Source: Tubiluchus corallicola
Taxonomy: Eukaryota; Animalia; Priapulida
Assembly: GCA_030141605.1 (NCBI GenBank)
Contig: JAQGDQ010000014.1
Coordinates: forward strand, 124,001 to 188,000
DNA: 64,000 nt
Reading direction: 5' to 3'
Shown here: piece by piece, positions 11,619-25,729 of the stretch
How the letters are laid out: the number at the start of each line of letters is the position of its first letter
Position numbering within the stretch: the first letter of the stretch is position 1
Position numbers and translations under genes: made by a program
The notes under the pieces: model-generated
Told to the model about the DNA's origin: nothing
The model's database searches: none
Seen by the model: only the letters and a program-made list of their open reading frames with translations

Positions 11619-12034
11619 TAAGAATTCAAAACTTAATCTAGCACAGAAACACTCTTTGGGCTGGCACATTTTTTCTCTTTTAATTTCAATAGACAAATAA
11701 TCCCTCTAAAGCAAGAAATTAGGGACAAAATCCGATGAAAATCTAAAAGGACACCGAGCGAAATTACACTTCTCTTGTAGATAATGTTTTCAAAGCGCAA
11801 ACATAAGAAATCTTAGTGAGTCAAATGTATTTCTACAGTTGGCAATTTTTCCCCAAAATGGTTACGGTAGCCTCTAGATTCCCCGTAAATCAGAATACAA
11901 AAATTCTGTTCGCTGACTCCAAATACATACACATGTATGCAGTCCCAACTCCCAGGTCAGACCAGATAAATTTTGTCGGCGCACAGTCAATAAGCAAAAA
12001 ACTGTTATACAGCGACATTTTACTAGACCATAAC

Positions 12035-12394
12035 CAGGGCCGGATTATGAACTTTTGGGACCCCTAGGCTAACAAAATTATGAGGCCCCCACAGGCGGAG
12101 CAACACTCTAATTAGCTCGCACTCGTCTCAATTGTTTTTACTTGTGATATACACACAATATTCGCAACATTTGCATAGCTGGGGCCCCACATTTCAAAAA
12201 AAGGGCTTCAAACAAGGGCCCTTTGTCTCAAGCGAGGACGCATTTTAAAATTGGATTTTCTGACTTTCTGGCCTCTTTTTCAAGTTGAAATTTTATTTTA
12301 AGTTATGAATTATTCAGTAATGCAAAGTATGCCCCCCAAGCTTGTGGGGCCCTAGGCTGCCGCCTATAAAACGCTACAGGGTAATCCAGCTCCG
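12035..12394. mobile_element. hAT-type non-autonomous element (MITE)
   Basis: TIRs cagggccggatta / taatccagctccg; 8-bp target-site duplication accataac (12027-12034) / actataac (12395-12402); subterminal ggcccc motifs. Confidence 0.7.
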
Positions 12395-14494
12395 ACTATA
12401 ACCGCGAAGTGATAACAGGGTACGGCAAGGAAAACACCCTAGCGCTATAAGAATACTCAAAACTAACAGATTCTTGAAGATCTTCAGTCGAAATCACCCA
12501 ATTAACCCTGTTTAGCTGGCAAGACAAATTGAGAGTCAATTGCGTTTCTATACTGCGCATTTTATCAAATCAAACGTTGTACAGAAATTGACGTATAGAC
12601 TTAACGCTACATCAATCAGGAAGATTGTATTTCACGCGGGTTACACGTCTGTCTGTTACAAAATGTCGCCATGACTGGTCGTAAGTTCAGTTCTCCATTT
12701 GTCAAAACCTTTGAACTTTGACCTAGATAAGTTTTTCATCTAGAAAAATCATTAATTTTGCCAACAACATAGATAACGCTCACCAAACATGTCTTCCTAT
12801 TGATGATGCTCATAGTGGAAATATACCGTTTGGTGTATATTTTGAATTACAGTATACTAATAAATTCACCTCATTTTGACCTTTAATTGAAATATTTCAG
12901 CTACATCTCTAACACACTAAACTATGTCTTAAACAAGGTTATTATTATAATAAATGGCATATAAAATGCTTCCAAATTATATGTAATTATTTTCGATGGA
13001 AACTTCCACAACATATTTATACAAGTGCTAACGTTTCTTGAAGCAAGTTGTACATAAGTAAAACGCTGGAAAGACATCGTTTTACGATTTCCAAAAATCA
13101 AACCTGTCTGATTTGCAACAAGTATATGTTAGAATCTGGTTCAAGCTAAGAACAAATGCCAACAGATGTGAATCTGTCTGAAATGGATTAAATATTTCAT
13201 GAACAATTTATACGTATAGGGAAAATGCCACCAACAATCAAATGTTGCAACGTGCATCAATGCCTCGCCACATCAGAAGCCCATTAGAATAAGTAACGCC
13301 AGAAGGATTTTTGCCAGAACAAATTTGTCGATTTGAAGAAATAGCAGAGCGCGTAATTCTAATGCACACAGTCACTTTGCAATGTTCAAAGTATAGGTGA
13401 GCGAATAATTTATTTGATACTACATTTTGGATGTAAGCTCGCGGCGCGTTTCACAATACATTAGTTTAGATTAAAATATTATTTTATTTCCATAGCTAGA
13501 TCCTAGATTACATAAAAATACAAACACATTTGTACTGTACTCACGTAATCGTACACACACAATTACAAGTACAATACAAAAAACACTAAAAGTACAATCA
13601 TTGAGAAATAATAATACTGTGACAATAAATGGTAGGTGTTGTATTACCAACATTCCTCGTTGAGGGTCTTGGGGTTGAGGGTCCTGATGTCGTGGGTACC
13701 AACGTAGTGATTGTAGAGGTTACAAGCACCAAGAAATGACAAAACGTATTTTATTCACGTAGTTCATGGGAAAATAGTTTCAGTTTAGAGCTTTGCGTGA
13801 CAAGTTCTTTTGCATTTTGTAGGAATTTTCAACATTATTAACAGCAAATAATCCATACAGTTGCAATATTACAGCCAACACAAACAAGTTAGGAAAAGTT
13901 TAATTTACGGCCAAAGAGAATTTAAAATATATCTACCGGCGCTATCACTATGTCAGTTGCCTCACGATCACTTACCTGCTCTTCTATACGCTTCAACACA
14001 TCACTGCTAGAACATACGGCAAGTATGCCTGTTCACCGACGCGGGAAAGATTTCAGTAAAAAATGAAAATCACACATTATGTACGTTAAATTTCAGTACT
14101 ATACCGTTTATTTATTTCGCTATAGGCTCAAAACCACTGTATATTAAGATAGAATCTCCCCCACTGCCTGAACTTCAAAGAATCGCTTTCTTTGAGTCAC
14201 GCTACTATCTCCCAATGGACGTTAATCATATTATATGTTCTCACACAACCTCTTCGTGCTCTTCCTCACAGATAGCAGCCATACACACACACACACACAC
14301 AGTCTTCCTCTTCAGGCTTCCAACAGTTTCAACAAAACAATATGCCATCAATTTACTCTTACTTATTTGTAAAAGAAAAGTATAGACTTTCTTAGCTCAA
14401 AAATTCTAAACCAATAATTCAGCACTTTTCAAAACGTTTTCAAATAAACTTTGCGAATTTTATTCCACGACAATTGGGTGGATGGCCGAGTAGT

Positions 14495-14700
14495 GCTGTG
14501 TTAGGTAGCCGAGTGGCTGTAGATTTTGTGCTGCAGCCACGCAGCATTGAGTTCAATACTAGTGTCTGCCAACGCCAGGGCACATACCGTACAACTTATC
14601 CGTTATTTGCGTGTTGCATCCTTGTATTGTTGCTAAATAGCCGTTAGTGCTAATGTTGTCTGTTAAATGAGCGACGGTAAAAGGGTAAATAAATCTTGTT
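14495..14700 (+). mobile_element. tRNA-derived SINE-like sequence
   Basis: A-box tagccgagtgg and B-box gagttcaatac at tRNA-like spacing; ends near aaataaat; no intact cloverleaf. Confidence 0.45.
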
Positions 14701-16356
14701 TTTATCTGTTCGTAAAATTTCAAATATTAGCGATGCAGAGTTAAATTTCTAGTGTCATGATTTTGTCCACAGTTCACTATTTTTACTGCGCTCATAAAAC
14801 TAATCAAATAATACATTTAATACAGTATCAGATAAAACTAATTTATGCAGTGCTTCATCGCGCGCTATTTTGAATTTAGAAAGACTTTTTTACTGAGCCC
14901 CTCCACAGCTATCAAAAGTCACGCTCGTAAAATGCGCAATTGCTAGATTTTCAGAATTACCCATCGGGCAAATAAATATCAGTGTGTGGAAAGCAAATAA
15001 GTAAAATCCACAACTAATAAATGACTTAGTAAACGAATAAAATAGCTTGAAAAATAAATTGTAGATTTTTTTCACATCATCGACTTCTCTTTGGAGCATT
15101 CTCTCAGTCTCAAACGTCAGGAAGCTGCCATTATTGGTAGCAGAATGAGACGCGCACTCTCATTGGACAATTCGTAACGTTCATAATCAATCGCCGTGCT
15201 ATTCACATACGAATCCCACTAAATTGTTTCATATGTGCTTGGTCATGCTGGTCACTGATTAGCACACCTCCATAGTCTCCATAAGAATAATTACGTATAC
15301 AGACCTACCTACTACGTACTTAGTCTTACACAGTGCAACTCTAGTAATTTGTCGTTGTTGGAATTACAATACACTGTATTTGTATTAAAATTGGGCAAAC
15401 ACTTTTAATAATTAAACTAAGAATTGGTAAACTAGTATATGAAATTTAATGTTCCATTCCTTTAAATAAATGAACGAAAATTCTTTACAATTTTTTCATT
15501 TTGCCCTTTTTATGTCTTAGCTGCTCACCTTTTTCCAGTTGTGATTTTAGCATGCATCCTTACCCTTACTAGGATCAGGCCATACTAACTATAAGAAACT
15601 AAAAACTACAGAATAACCGGACCCAATCTTTTAATTCGGTAAATACACGGAGAATTACTTTTTGTACGTAGAATATACTGTAAGAGCCTCAGAGGTGATA
15701 ACATATTATATAGTTATACTTATTTTGTACACATGTAGTACATTTCATACAAAGACAATACAATAAAAAACACACTGAATGAACATAGTTAGTAGAAAGA
15801 CATGCAAAAATAGGAAAAACAACAGAAATATAATAAATTAAATACATAAAAAGTGCTGAAAAATATATACAAGTGTGACAACTGTAGAAAAATACAAAAT
15901 ACAGATAAATTTAATATTCAATATGCACAAATTTGCACAATATTTAATACATCAGCTCATTCATTGTATCTATGCAGGGTAATGCAATAGGACCACATAA
16001 GATTGAAATAGTTATCCCGCGATTCAGTTGGATATTTCAAAAAACGTGGACTGTTTATGAGTAAAGAAATGTTGTATAACAAGATTTATTTATTACATAG
16101 TAAAAAATTAAGACTAACTCCATTCCAATCTCTACAACGCGTATTCGAGAATAAACTCAAGAAAATAAAATATGTGGTGATCGATAATACACAGATGGCT
16201 ATAATACAGCCCGCTCGAATATTTGACGTAATTGGAAATATTCTCCTTTCTGACAAACTTAAAAGCAACCGATATTGATTAGACCATACAGTTGATTTTT
16301 TCTTTTATTTTCCCATCAAAGAGAGCACAATTGTCAAACACAGAGATGGAAGCGAT

Positions 16357-17263
16357 GGTTTAGGTACACTTTCCAGAAAACTTTTTTCACAGAAAAAGTA
16401 TTTCCAAGAAGTATTTTTAACAGAAAAATCGTGGTTGCGTTTTTAGTTGCAAGCTGCCATTTTAGTAGGATAAAGCTTTCGATTTTTTTCTGTTTGTCTC
16501 TCCTTCTCTCGATCCTTACCCCATCTCAGCCCTTTTACTCTCTCCTTCTCGCCATCCCTATCTGTCTCCAGTCTTTTTCTCCTTCTTGCGCTCTCTTTTC
16601 TCACCGTCTCTCTTTCTCTCGCTCTCTCCTCCTCTCTCTTTCTACTTCCAATAATTTACAGCGCTTTAACTAAGAGGACTATCAGTCATGGAAAATAACG
16701 CAATGTATCCGAGTACAGCAGACGTCACAAGTTAGCGCGCTTAACTCATGTTGATTTTTTCCCGCGCCTAGCAACATCATTGTTTTTAATGTTTTCACAA
16801 TTACAGTCAGATGCATGTACATCCTCCCTAAATCAGAGAAATAATTCGGCATAATAGTGAAAGGAACTGTCCAAAGTGAAATTCCTAAGCAGTCACTCAA
16901 CTAGTCAGTTGCCAGACTCGACATTGCTTGAATTCGGTAGATAATCACACACCGTGATTACTCGCTATTGGGTATTTATGCAAAAATCACACGATTCACT
17001 ATATAATCGTTCTGACGTTACAAATCTTACTTTCTTGCCTTAACGAGTTAACCAATTTTTTATCATAATCGATACACGTAGTTAACATAAGTTTCTTTTC
17101 ATTTAGCATCATCTAACTGCGCTTTAAAAAGGATTTATTATCTTTTCTGTGAATTTTATTTTCTGGGAAATGGCGGTTCTGCGAAGTAAATTTTTCTGGC
17201 AAAAAAGTTTTCGGTGAAATTTTTTGTCGGGGAAAAAACTTTTCTGGGAAGCGAGTCTACCCC
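16357..17263. mobile_element. Foldback/MULE-like non-autonomous element with TIRs built from short tandem repeats
   Basis: Left arm ggtttaggtacactttccagaaaac...(cagaaaa units), right arm (ttttctg units)...tttctgggaagcgagtctacccc; 9-bp TSD ggaagcgat (16348-16356) / ggaagctat (17264-17272). Confidence 0.6.
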
Positions 17264-18957
17264 GGAAGCTATGTGGGCAGTTTCAATGTTTACAGACCTA
17301 TTTTAAAACTGTGGCTAACGAGCAGAAATCGGAAAAATAGGAAAAAATTCCGTTAGGAAGCAAGGAGTGAGCTGTGTCACGTTATTATTGTCATTGCTAT
17401 ACCGCCCACACTCAATAGTGTGATCGTCGTGCTCTTACTGTAGAATTATGACTCACGCGAAGCCACAGACCTCATCTACATCCACAGCCATGCTTGTAGC
17501 GTCCACAGTCACAACTTGCAATTACAACTTGTTACACAAGGTTATAACTTCTAACCGTTGTTTAAAACCTAAACTGACAATCAAATGCACATCAAGGTTA
17601 ATAAAGGTCACCAGGCCCCAGAATTTCTGCTGAAACCTCTAGACGCGCTCAATTAAGCAGTGAAGCTGTACATTTATTTGGATTTTAATCAAGTCAAGCA
17701 ATTTGAATATTAATTAGTCATGCAGCACCGCGGAGAAAGATCAATGACAATTAGGCGCTAGACAGATTGCAAACGTTTAGGCCAAGAAGAGAAAGGGGAA
17801 CGTAATTTCATGAAATTGACTAGATAAGCGTCGCGTGCTTTCTTTAGAGATGGATGCAAATTACCAAATGCACGACCGTGACAACCTTGAATAATTTTTC
17901 AGATTGCTATTTGAAATACTTTATAGGATAAAGATACCTGGTACCTGGTACCAAAACTCGACTATTTGCACGTGAAAGGCAAACGGGGTAGCCTTTCAGG
18001 GGTAGCACAGTTAAATTCTATAACCATGGTAAGATTGTACTGGTTCAATTTCGAGAAATTATCACTTGGAAAACTCTGTAACACTGTCCTCAACCTTTGC
18101 TTATTAATGTGTGTAGCCTTATAAGCTGACTTGGTATGTAAATGCATATACATGTCAGTCTATTACCATAACCAAAATTAATAATTACAGAAAGTAGATA
18201 AACACTATGTGGAAATATCCCCGGCATTATTGATTATAATTCAATTTAATAAACTAAATATTTTGTGTCTTTTGCTAGTCTGCATAATACGAATACAGGT
18301 ACATTTTTGTATGTTTGCTTGTTTATCCTTGTTACGTTTGTCTTAATCAAAAGCATTAGACGATTAAGTTTAAGATTGTTCGGGTTTGGCAGCTTCACTA
18401 TAGAAATTAATCAATCAAAATAACATAAATTATGTGCCATTTTTTCCTAAATCATTTTTATATACTTTTCCATTCGTGTCTTCATTATGTGACTTCATTA
18501 CCAGGATTCGTTTTTGCTACGGCTAAAATAACATAAAAAGGTAAGAAAATATATTTATTCAAGGTAATTTGATTCAGCAAAGCTCGTTTCCAACAAGGTC
18601 CTAAGTGGTAATTTTAAATTTAAAATTAAGAAAAATAAATACATGTAAGTCCTGACACAAACATTAAAAATTGCAGGCATACACAAAAATCGCACAGAAT
18701 TATGACTTAATATATAAAGAAATAAGCAGAGACACAAAATAGAAAGCTAAGATTACAATCACAAATGAACTTAAAATAAGCAAACAAAGCAAAAAAGCTT
18801 TCACAAGTTAAAAAATGTGAAATAAAAATACAAGCAATTGAGCGCTTATGACGATACCACGATTATCTTGATCTTACTTATTTCATTATCACAAGACCCA
18901 TACTACAAAAAGCAATTTATGCACTTCCATTTAATCCATCCATTTAGTCATCCACAT

Positions 18958-19575
18958 TAGGGCTGTGACCACTCTTGATTTGGCCCGGCGTCTCCTAAAT
19001 TCAGCCATAGTTCTGTCGAATTTTTGAAAAATTCTGAAATTTCCTGATTTCGATCATCACATTAAAATTTAAGTGAAAAAATGCATGCTATTAAACTGTT
19101 GCATAAGGTTGAGATGAAATCAGAGAATTTTTGTTTAGTAAAATAGTAACCTTATTAAATAAATTTCAACAGTAGCACGGCTTCATAATTTAACACTGTT
19201 TACATTTTTCGCCTACCTTTGCTGCAGTGGTGCCGCAATGCAAGTATTCTTCTGGTTTAGCTGTAATTCACTTAACATAAACCATCTATGTATCTCCAGA
19301 AATGTCAAAAACGTAAGAAAAGTAGTGGGACTGTAAAGGAACTCAAAAATTGATGTACACCGCTTGCACTTTTGTAAATTTTAGGGTTTAAGGGCTTTTT
19401 AAGAGTCTAAAATCAAGAAATTTGTACTGCTTTGTGGTTTAAATTCCTTGACTTTTGAAAAAGGCCTCGTAAAATGTCTAAAATACAGGAAACGCGTTGG
19501 CTTCTAAGACTCCGTCGCAGACACCGACCCCCTATTTGGCTGCTGATTTCGGTTCGTGACGAGGTGGCAACCCTA
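18958..19575. mobile_element. MITE with tagggctgtgac / gtggcaacccta termini (PIF/Harbinger-like)
   Basis: Imperfect TIRs; related shorter copy at 25730-25985. Confidence 0.55.
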
Positions 19576-20394
19576 ATCTACACATACTATCCTAATTATT
19601 ATAAAACAAATAACGAGTAAACTGCTGCAAATTTTGAGTGCGTGTTACTCGGAATGTTCGATCCTAGACGAGAAAGACGCATCTCGTGATTTTACAAACT
19701 ACCTACAGTGAAAAATCTCGTAAATTATTAATCAAGCTTTTAAGAGGCTGTGTTCATGCACTAATCTACTAAGCGATATTACGCAAGCAAACAGTGATGG
19801 TGTTGAATTCCATACTAAAGCAGTATTATAGCACAAAATATATAGCCTACTATACAGAATATTATAATACACGAAAAGGTGACATTAATCAACTTGAAAT
19901 TAATACAACTTTTGGTTAGTAGGCCACTGGATGGGTGATCGACAATAAAGTCACGGGAAAGGAAGTCACGGAAAATTCCACAATTCTGACTAGGAAAAAG
20001 TCACCGGAAAAAAGTCACGAAAATTTTGGCTATGGTTAGAGTTAGGATTATTTCTTTTTTCTTGTGTCTTTTTACCCGTGGCTTTATTTCCTCGATTAGG
20101 TTGCTGTTGCTTGACTCCTGAGCAAATTTATCAAGAATGCTTGAGAAATTTGTGCGTATCCAAGCTACGTTTAGAATGGTTTGAATTCTTATCAAAAATT
20201 GTTTCTTTGTCCAGTGACCTTGAAAATGACAATTAAGCATTGTCAAAACGTCACCTAATAGTATTTATCATAAATTTTTTATACATATTTGGTCTCTGCA
20301 AGCCAGGATCCAGCATTCAAAGGCAGGGCATATTTAGTAAAATGTTTATGGCGTGACTGGAGCCTAGCTCATTATCCCTCTATTATCCCTCCAA

Positions 20395-20566
20395 GATGAG
20401 TCACTGAACCAGCAGAGGTGTCTCAGTCAGGTGCGGGTATATAAATGTACAACTAGGTAGGCAGCCGAGGTTTACAAATGGTGCCACACGGAGTGAGTAT
20501 CGAACCACAGTAGCCACACGCCGGTCACACAAAACACTTTGACCTATCCACTCAGCCATGAACCCG
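20395..20566 (-). mobile_element. tRNA-derived SINE-like sequence
   Basis: Reverse strand has A-box tggctgagtgg and B-box ggttcgatact; no intact cloverleaf. Confidence 0.45.
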
Positions 20567-21879
20567 CCATAAAATAGTGCACTTTGCGTAGTGTTACTTA
20601 AATTCCTGCCAAGCGGCCACAATTTCATTAAAGATTAACCGCTTCAGAGCAAAAGCGGAAATAAAATGTCACAACCCCAGCGAGAATACTAGCGAAACAA
20701 ACACCACGGAAATAATAAATGACAAGAGAGTTGTAGTTAGCTTAGGCTCATCACGCAGCAGCCCACATCAAAGTCATGCATGTAGACTAGAACATGAGTT
20801 ACATATACCATAATCAATTATATCAATTATAATATAGTCAATATTATATTTAAAGTATTGACTGGCGGCTAAGTGATTTCTGCGTTTTCCAAAATGGTTT
20901 TCCAAGACGGCTACAGAACCTAAAGACACGCTACGGCAGATACTGGCTGAAGTCTATAGGTTGTAGTTCCTTGGGTTACGCCAAGAATGTCAAAACATTG
21001 TGGGAGAGAATAACAACAGAAATTTAACCAATTTTAACCATCTCTATTCGTCAGCCTTGCCTAATAGCATAGCAAACAAGTGCCGGTGCGTATTATGAAA
21101 GCGCACAATTTCAATGTCTTTCTCTACAGATTAAGCTACTTACTAGATATTAAAGATAAGTGAAATCAATTAATGCTAACTTTCAAGAAATTTGCAGCAA
21201 TGAACATTAAAGGGGAAGAAAAGGCAATTTGAAGGTATGTCTCAAAAAAATTTCACACAAAGTTATAATACTTAGCAGTTAACATTATGCTTGTCTGTTT
21301 GAAAGGCTTGCGTAATAATTTTTTGTGACTTTAAAATATTTGCGCCAAGTGGCAAAACGGCACTGTGTTGTCACCATCCCATGGTGCAAAACTGACTCAC
21401 TAAACATTATTTTGTTACGGGGTGAAATTCCATTCATTTTCGACCCCCCTCTACATTGTGATGGTTGGATCCATTACAAAGCCATTGCATATCCGTACTG
21501 CATAGCAGGTATAAGTAGCTGCTATGTAGTGGCCTTGTCGGTTCAGTCGGTGGACGGACAAGTGTATTTACCACCTAAGCGCCTGCTCTGCATGAGTCAC
21601 GATCAGCATGAGGAATACAGGAAAAGATTCTGGTTAGCTTTCACGTTAATTTTCTGTTTAAATTTTTATATTTCTTGTCTGTTTTCTCATCTACAACATT
21701 TGTCTGCAACAAGGTTTGACTGATCCAGATTTGAATCTTGGACCTCTTGGCTGCCTCCATAACAATATTATTGACTCACCAAAAATATATTGGTGATACA
21801 GTTATATAGTTTAGAGGACAGTTGTACTATCAACCTCTGTTTTTAAACCAGGTACTTCTTTCAAAAACCAAGACATACT

Positions 21880-22375
21880 TTTTAGTCTTAAAACCAGGTA
21901 AAAAAAATTTCTTGTAATGAATTTTAGTCATGATACACAAAGAATTGAGTAGACAACTTACATCAATTCTGCTATCTTACCAACGTTAACCAAATACAAT
22001 AGCAAACCAACACTTTTTAGCCTTAAAACCAGGTAAAAAAAATTTCTTGTAATGAATTTTAGTCATGATATACAAAGAATTGGTAAGATACTCAACGTTA
22101 ACCAAATACGCCAATACTTTTAGCCTTAACACCAGGTAAAAAATTTCTTGTAATGAATTTTAGCCATGATACACAAAGAATTGAGTAGACAACTTAACAT
22201 CAATTCTGCTATCTTACCAACGTTAACCAAATACAATAGCAAACCAATACTTTTTAGCCTTAACATCAGGTAAAAAATTTTCTTGTAATGAATTTTAGCC
22301 ATGATACACAAAGAATTGAATAGACAACTTACATCAATTCTGCTATCTTACCAACGTTAACCAAATGCAATAGCA
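21880..22375. repeat. Tandem repeat, ~135-bp unit, about 4 copies (second copy internally deleted)
   Basis: Unit ttttagccttaaaaccaggtaaaaaa.tttcttgtaatgaattttag.catgatacacaaagaattgagtagacaacttacatcaattctgctatcttaccaacgttaaccaaatacaatagcaaaccaa recurs at ~21880, ~22015, ~22118 and ~22253. Confidence 0.9.
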
Positions 22376-22639
22376 TGCCAAATTGCCAATAATGCCATCA
22401 ATTAAGCAACTTGCACAGACATTAAACTCCTGAAAGCTACTTGTGCGGTGAAGATGAGCTGTAATTTCAGGTTTCTTCTATGACATTTCCAGGGAAAGCA
22501 CTCCCACGAGTGTGATGGGTGATGAGTTCAGAATTCATAAAAGCAAAATGGGATCACATTATATCTTTTACGACGCCACTTCTACTCGCAAATTCACTGT
22601 TATTTCCAGAGTTTCTAAGTAATTTTTGGCATTAAGAAA

Positions 22640-23040
22640 AACTAGTGAAACCAGTTCATTTAATTGAATTAGTACTTACATTGAGAGTGACCATTAAGTT
22701 TGTTCAGACCTTTCAACATTAGCCCATCGATCCCTGCAGTTATACAATGCTTTAATTTGGCAACCTTCTTAATATTCCTATGGGCATGTAATAGATTCAC
22801 AATTTCAGTTAAGAGTTCATTAGGGGTCAAAACTAAAATTAAGGTGGGAAAGTGAAGTAGCTTCAGTTTGTATACGTAGTAAGTTTGCTCCACCAAAATT
22901 AAATCTTTTGCAAAAGGACACCACTGATTCTTACTCCGCAAAAAACTTTCGACATACACAAAACAGCAGGCATTTATCAGTATTTGGTCCCCAATACTGT
23001 ATTAGATAAATGGGATTTTTTGTGGAAGTCAGATAAAACC
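22640..23040 (-). pseudogene. Decayed LINE ORF2 fragment (EN-RT linker region)
   Basis: LTPNELLTEIVNL...KLKHCITAGIDGL resembles the linker motif (K-a-G-D-G) just upstream of LINE RT. Confidence 0.35.
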
Positions 23041-23235
23041 TGTAAGGAAGGGTAAGGATTTATTTTTCAGAATCACTTTTCAAGTTATAATAATGTAAGA
23101 TGAGTAAACGTATTTAGTTAATATAAAAAATAGGTTGGAGTAGGATAAATTCTCAGTACACATCATTCCAGGGTGCTGCAACCCACGAACTATTAAGTTG
23201 TAATAATGTGGCCTTATGTTTCCATGCTTACGTAC

Positions 23236-23731
23236 CTTTTTTGCTAAGACATTTTATTGCTCGCCTTTGATACGGTGATGTAGCAAATCCGTTAAATGTT
23301 TGCAGCATTTGTTCGTATTCCAACTGCTGCCTGTAACTAAGCTGCTGACAATCCTCATGGTCATACCCCGAAGACTGCCACATTTCACCACTTCTCTGCG
23401 ACTGAGAACAAAACAAATCTACATAATCGGGCGGTGGAGCCTGATCCTCGCTGTATGATCGCTGTTGATAGTACTGCTGCTGTCGCTGTTGCTGGGTCAC
23501 GTATCGCTGAGTCGGGAATGGATTTTCAGGAGTTTGAGGTGTGTACGAACGTTGACTGTCGTAGCCTTCCTGCAGTTGCTCACATCGGGAAGCCACGATG
23601 TTACGATTTTGTTGTTGTCTTGCATGAAAATGTGTTGTGTGACCACCACCCGGGTTTTCCTGACCCTGTTGGGGAAGGTTCTTCTGGTGCTGGCAATGCT
23701 TCTTGTGAAACTGGTACTGTTCAGGATCCAT
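23236..23731 (-). CDS. dlg1: Putative alternative first coding exon of Dlg (Gln/Tyr-rich N-terminus)
   Basis: ATG at 23731 (MDPEQY...), 165 codons plus 1 nt, ends AAA AAA G|gtacgt; phase 1 matches the acceptor of the L27 exon (..KK-D-AHRALELL). Confidence 0.6.
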
Positions 23732-25729
23732 CTCATACGATGAAATTAATTTTTTAGCTCTTATACGAATAACAAATTTCAGATGTACGAAATTAGTGTG
23801 GCTTCCTTCACACATTAATGTGCAGCAACGTGATTTGTACTTTGCACATTTCTATAGGCTACTGTACCAACACCAGGACAGGGTAGTTCTTAAATTTTCC
23901 TATTTTAAGAATATCAAAACAGTACAAGTAACAAATCAATTACTGTGACAGGAACGAGTTAAAGTCAAACTACCGACACCGCTTATATGAAACGCTAGAA
24001 CCATGTGTTATTGTCACCGATTCACTGGCTTCTTGTGTGACTACTTATTGAAAACCTGTCGGATACAGATGCGAGCAGAACTTTAATACCGTCCCCGAAA
24101 GTCTTCTAACCTAAGTGTCATACCTGCAGTTGAAGTGACTCGGACAAGAGAGTACAATGGATGTCACGGGAGAGCAAATATACACAATTTAACGATATTT
24201 GTAACAAGGTATAGTATATAGCAAGGTAATACATTTAACGAAGTTAGCATATATATTTTCCTTTAATTGTTAGCAAACGCTTGTCGATAATGACCCAAGA
24301 CATAACTTCTAAGTTTAGGTTACATGTTTACTTCATTTAAAGTAAACAACACAGCAACGAGCGATGGTCAGAATTATTTAAATGCTGCGAAGCTTAATAA
24401 CAACAAAGTGATAAAAAGTGATGCTTCGAATACACGATGAATTAGCACTGACGTCAGCTTGCAGACTATATTATCACACGTTTGAACCAAATATCCATCA
24501 AGTATTGAAAGATTCTCAGCCTATCCAATATTTTAACCAATTTCGGTTGTTTTCATGTCGTTAGCTGCATCACATGTAACGTTTTTTCTTGAGTTTGATT
24601 CGATCAGTAACTCGAGTTGCCATTCAATTCACAACACCCACTGCACTCGAGAACCATCTAATTTGTCTCAGCTAGGCAGGCAGGCGTGCACACAGCTTCA
24701 CTGTTAACGTTTACAATAAACAAAGAGCTTCCGAATGCAACACAGAGCCGCAGTGGATACGGTATAATTTGCCTCGCTGTGTTATAATACGGACCCCGAC
24801 GATCCGTCTGAAATACAACTCATTGACTATAGACGTGTTCAGAAATGGTCGGCGTGAGACAGAATGCAGCACAGGCACACTTAGCAGCGAAAAAGCCGAA
24901 CTGTCCCAATCAATATGCTCGACACAATACTTATTTAGAAGCAGCAAGTATCTACACGTACAGGACGCGGACAGATTATGCGTTCCCACACAGACAGACA
25001 CAGTTATTAACTTCACTATAACATAACCTTAGCTTTACTGAGCAGTATAAAGGACAAGCCAAGGTGAAATACTCAATTCCAAACAAACAACGCTAAAGTA
25101 GAAAATATTAATTGTTAAAACAACTTCTAATTTTAACTTTAACTTGCAAAGAAAAAAGATTACATTTAATAGAAAAACTTGATCATCACTAGATAGTATA
25201 AAAACGAGTTGACAGGTGCTAATATTATTATAACCACTCTTAAACAGATCACTCTGCTTCAAACGATTACACTGTAGTGCCGACAGCTCAGGTGCAAATG
25301 AATATAATTGACTATTTATACACACACATATGTCGCCTACTCATCCACAGGCTAATCACCTTCCACCTTACACAGCCAGTTGAGTTAATTGCTAGCCTCT
25401 GATGCCGTTTATTAAAATTCTCATACGACAGCGCAATTGACAAAGTGTCTACGTTTCATAAGCAACATGATTAATCGAAAACGTTACAAGTACACTGGAC
25501 AATCCAAACATCCGAGATAATTTTGATCAATCGTCGTAATGACGGCAATGGCTGTAGAAATACGCTCATCAATTGGAGAATAATACTATTGGAATTTTGA
25601 ATTTTTTTGCAATATAATGGCGAGCACAAGTGGGGAGTGTACTTCATAAAATCATGCAGACTAGATTTGCTCAATATGCACTGCCAAATACAGCTTTTAC
25701 CGGTAAGTTCAGGGGTTGCCCTTACCATG

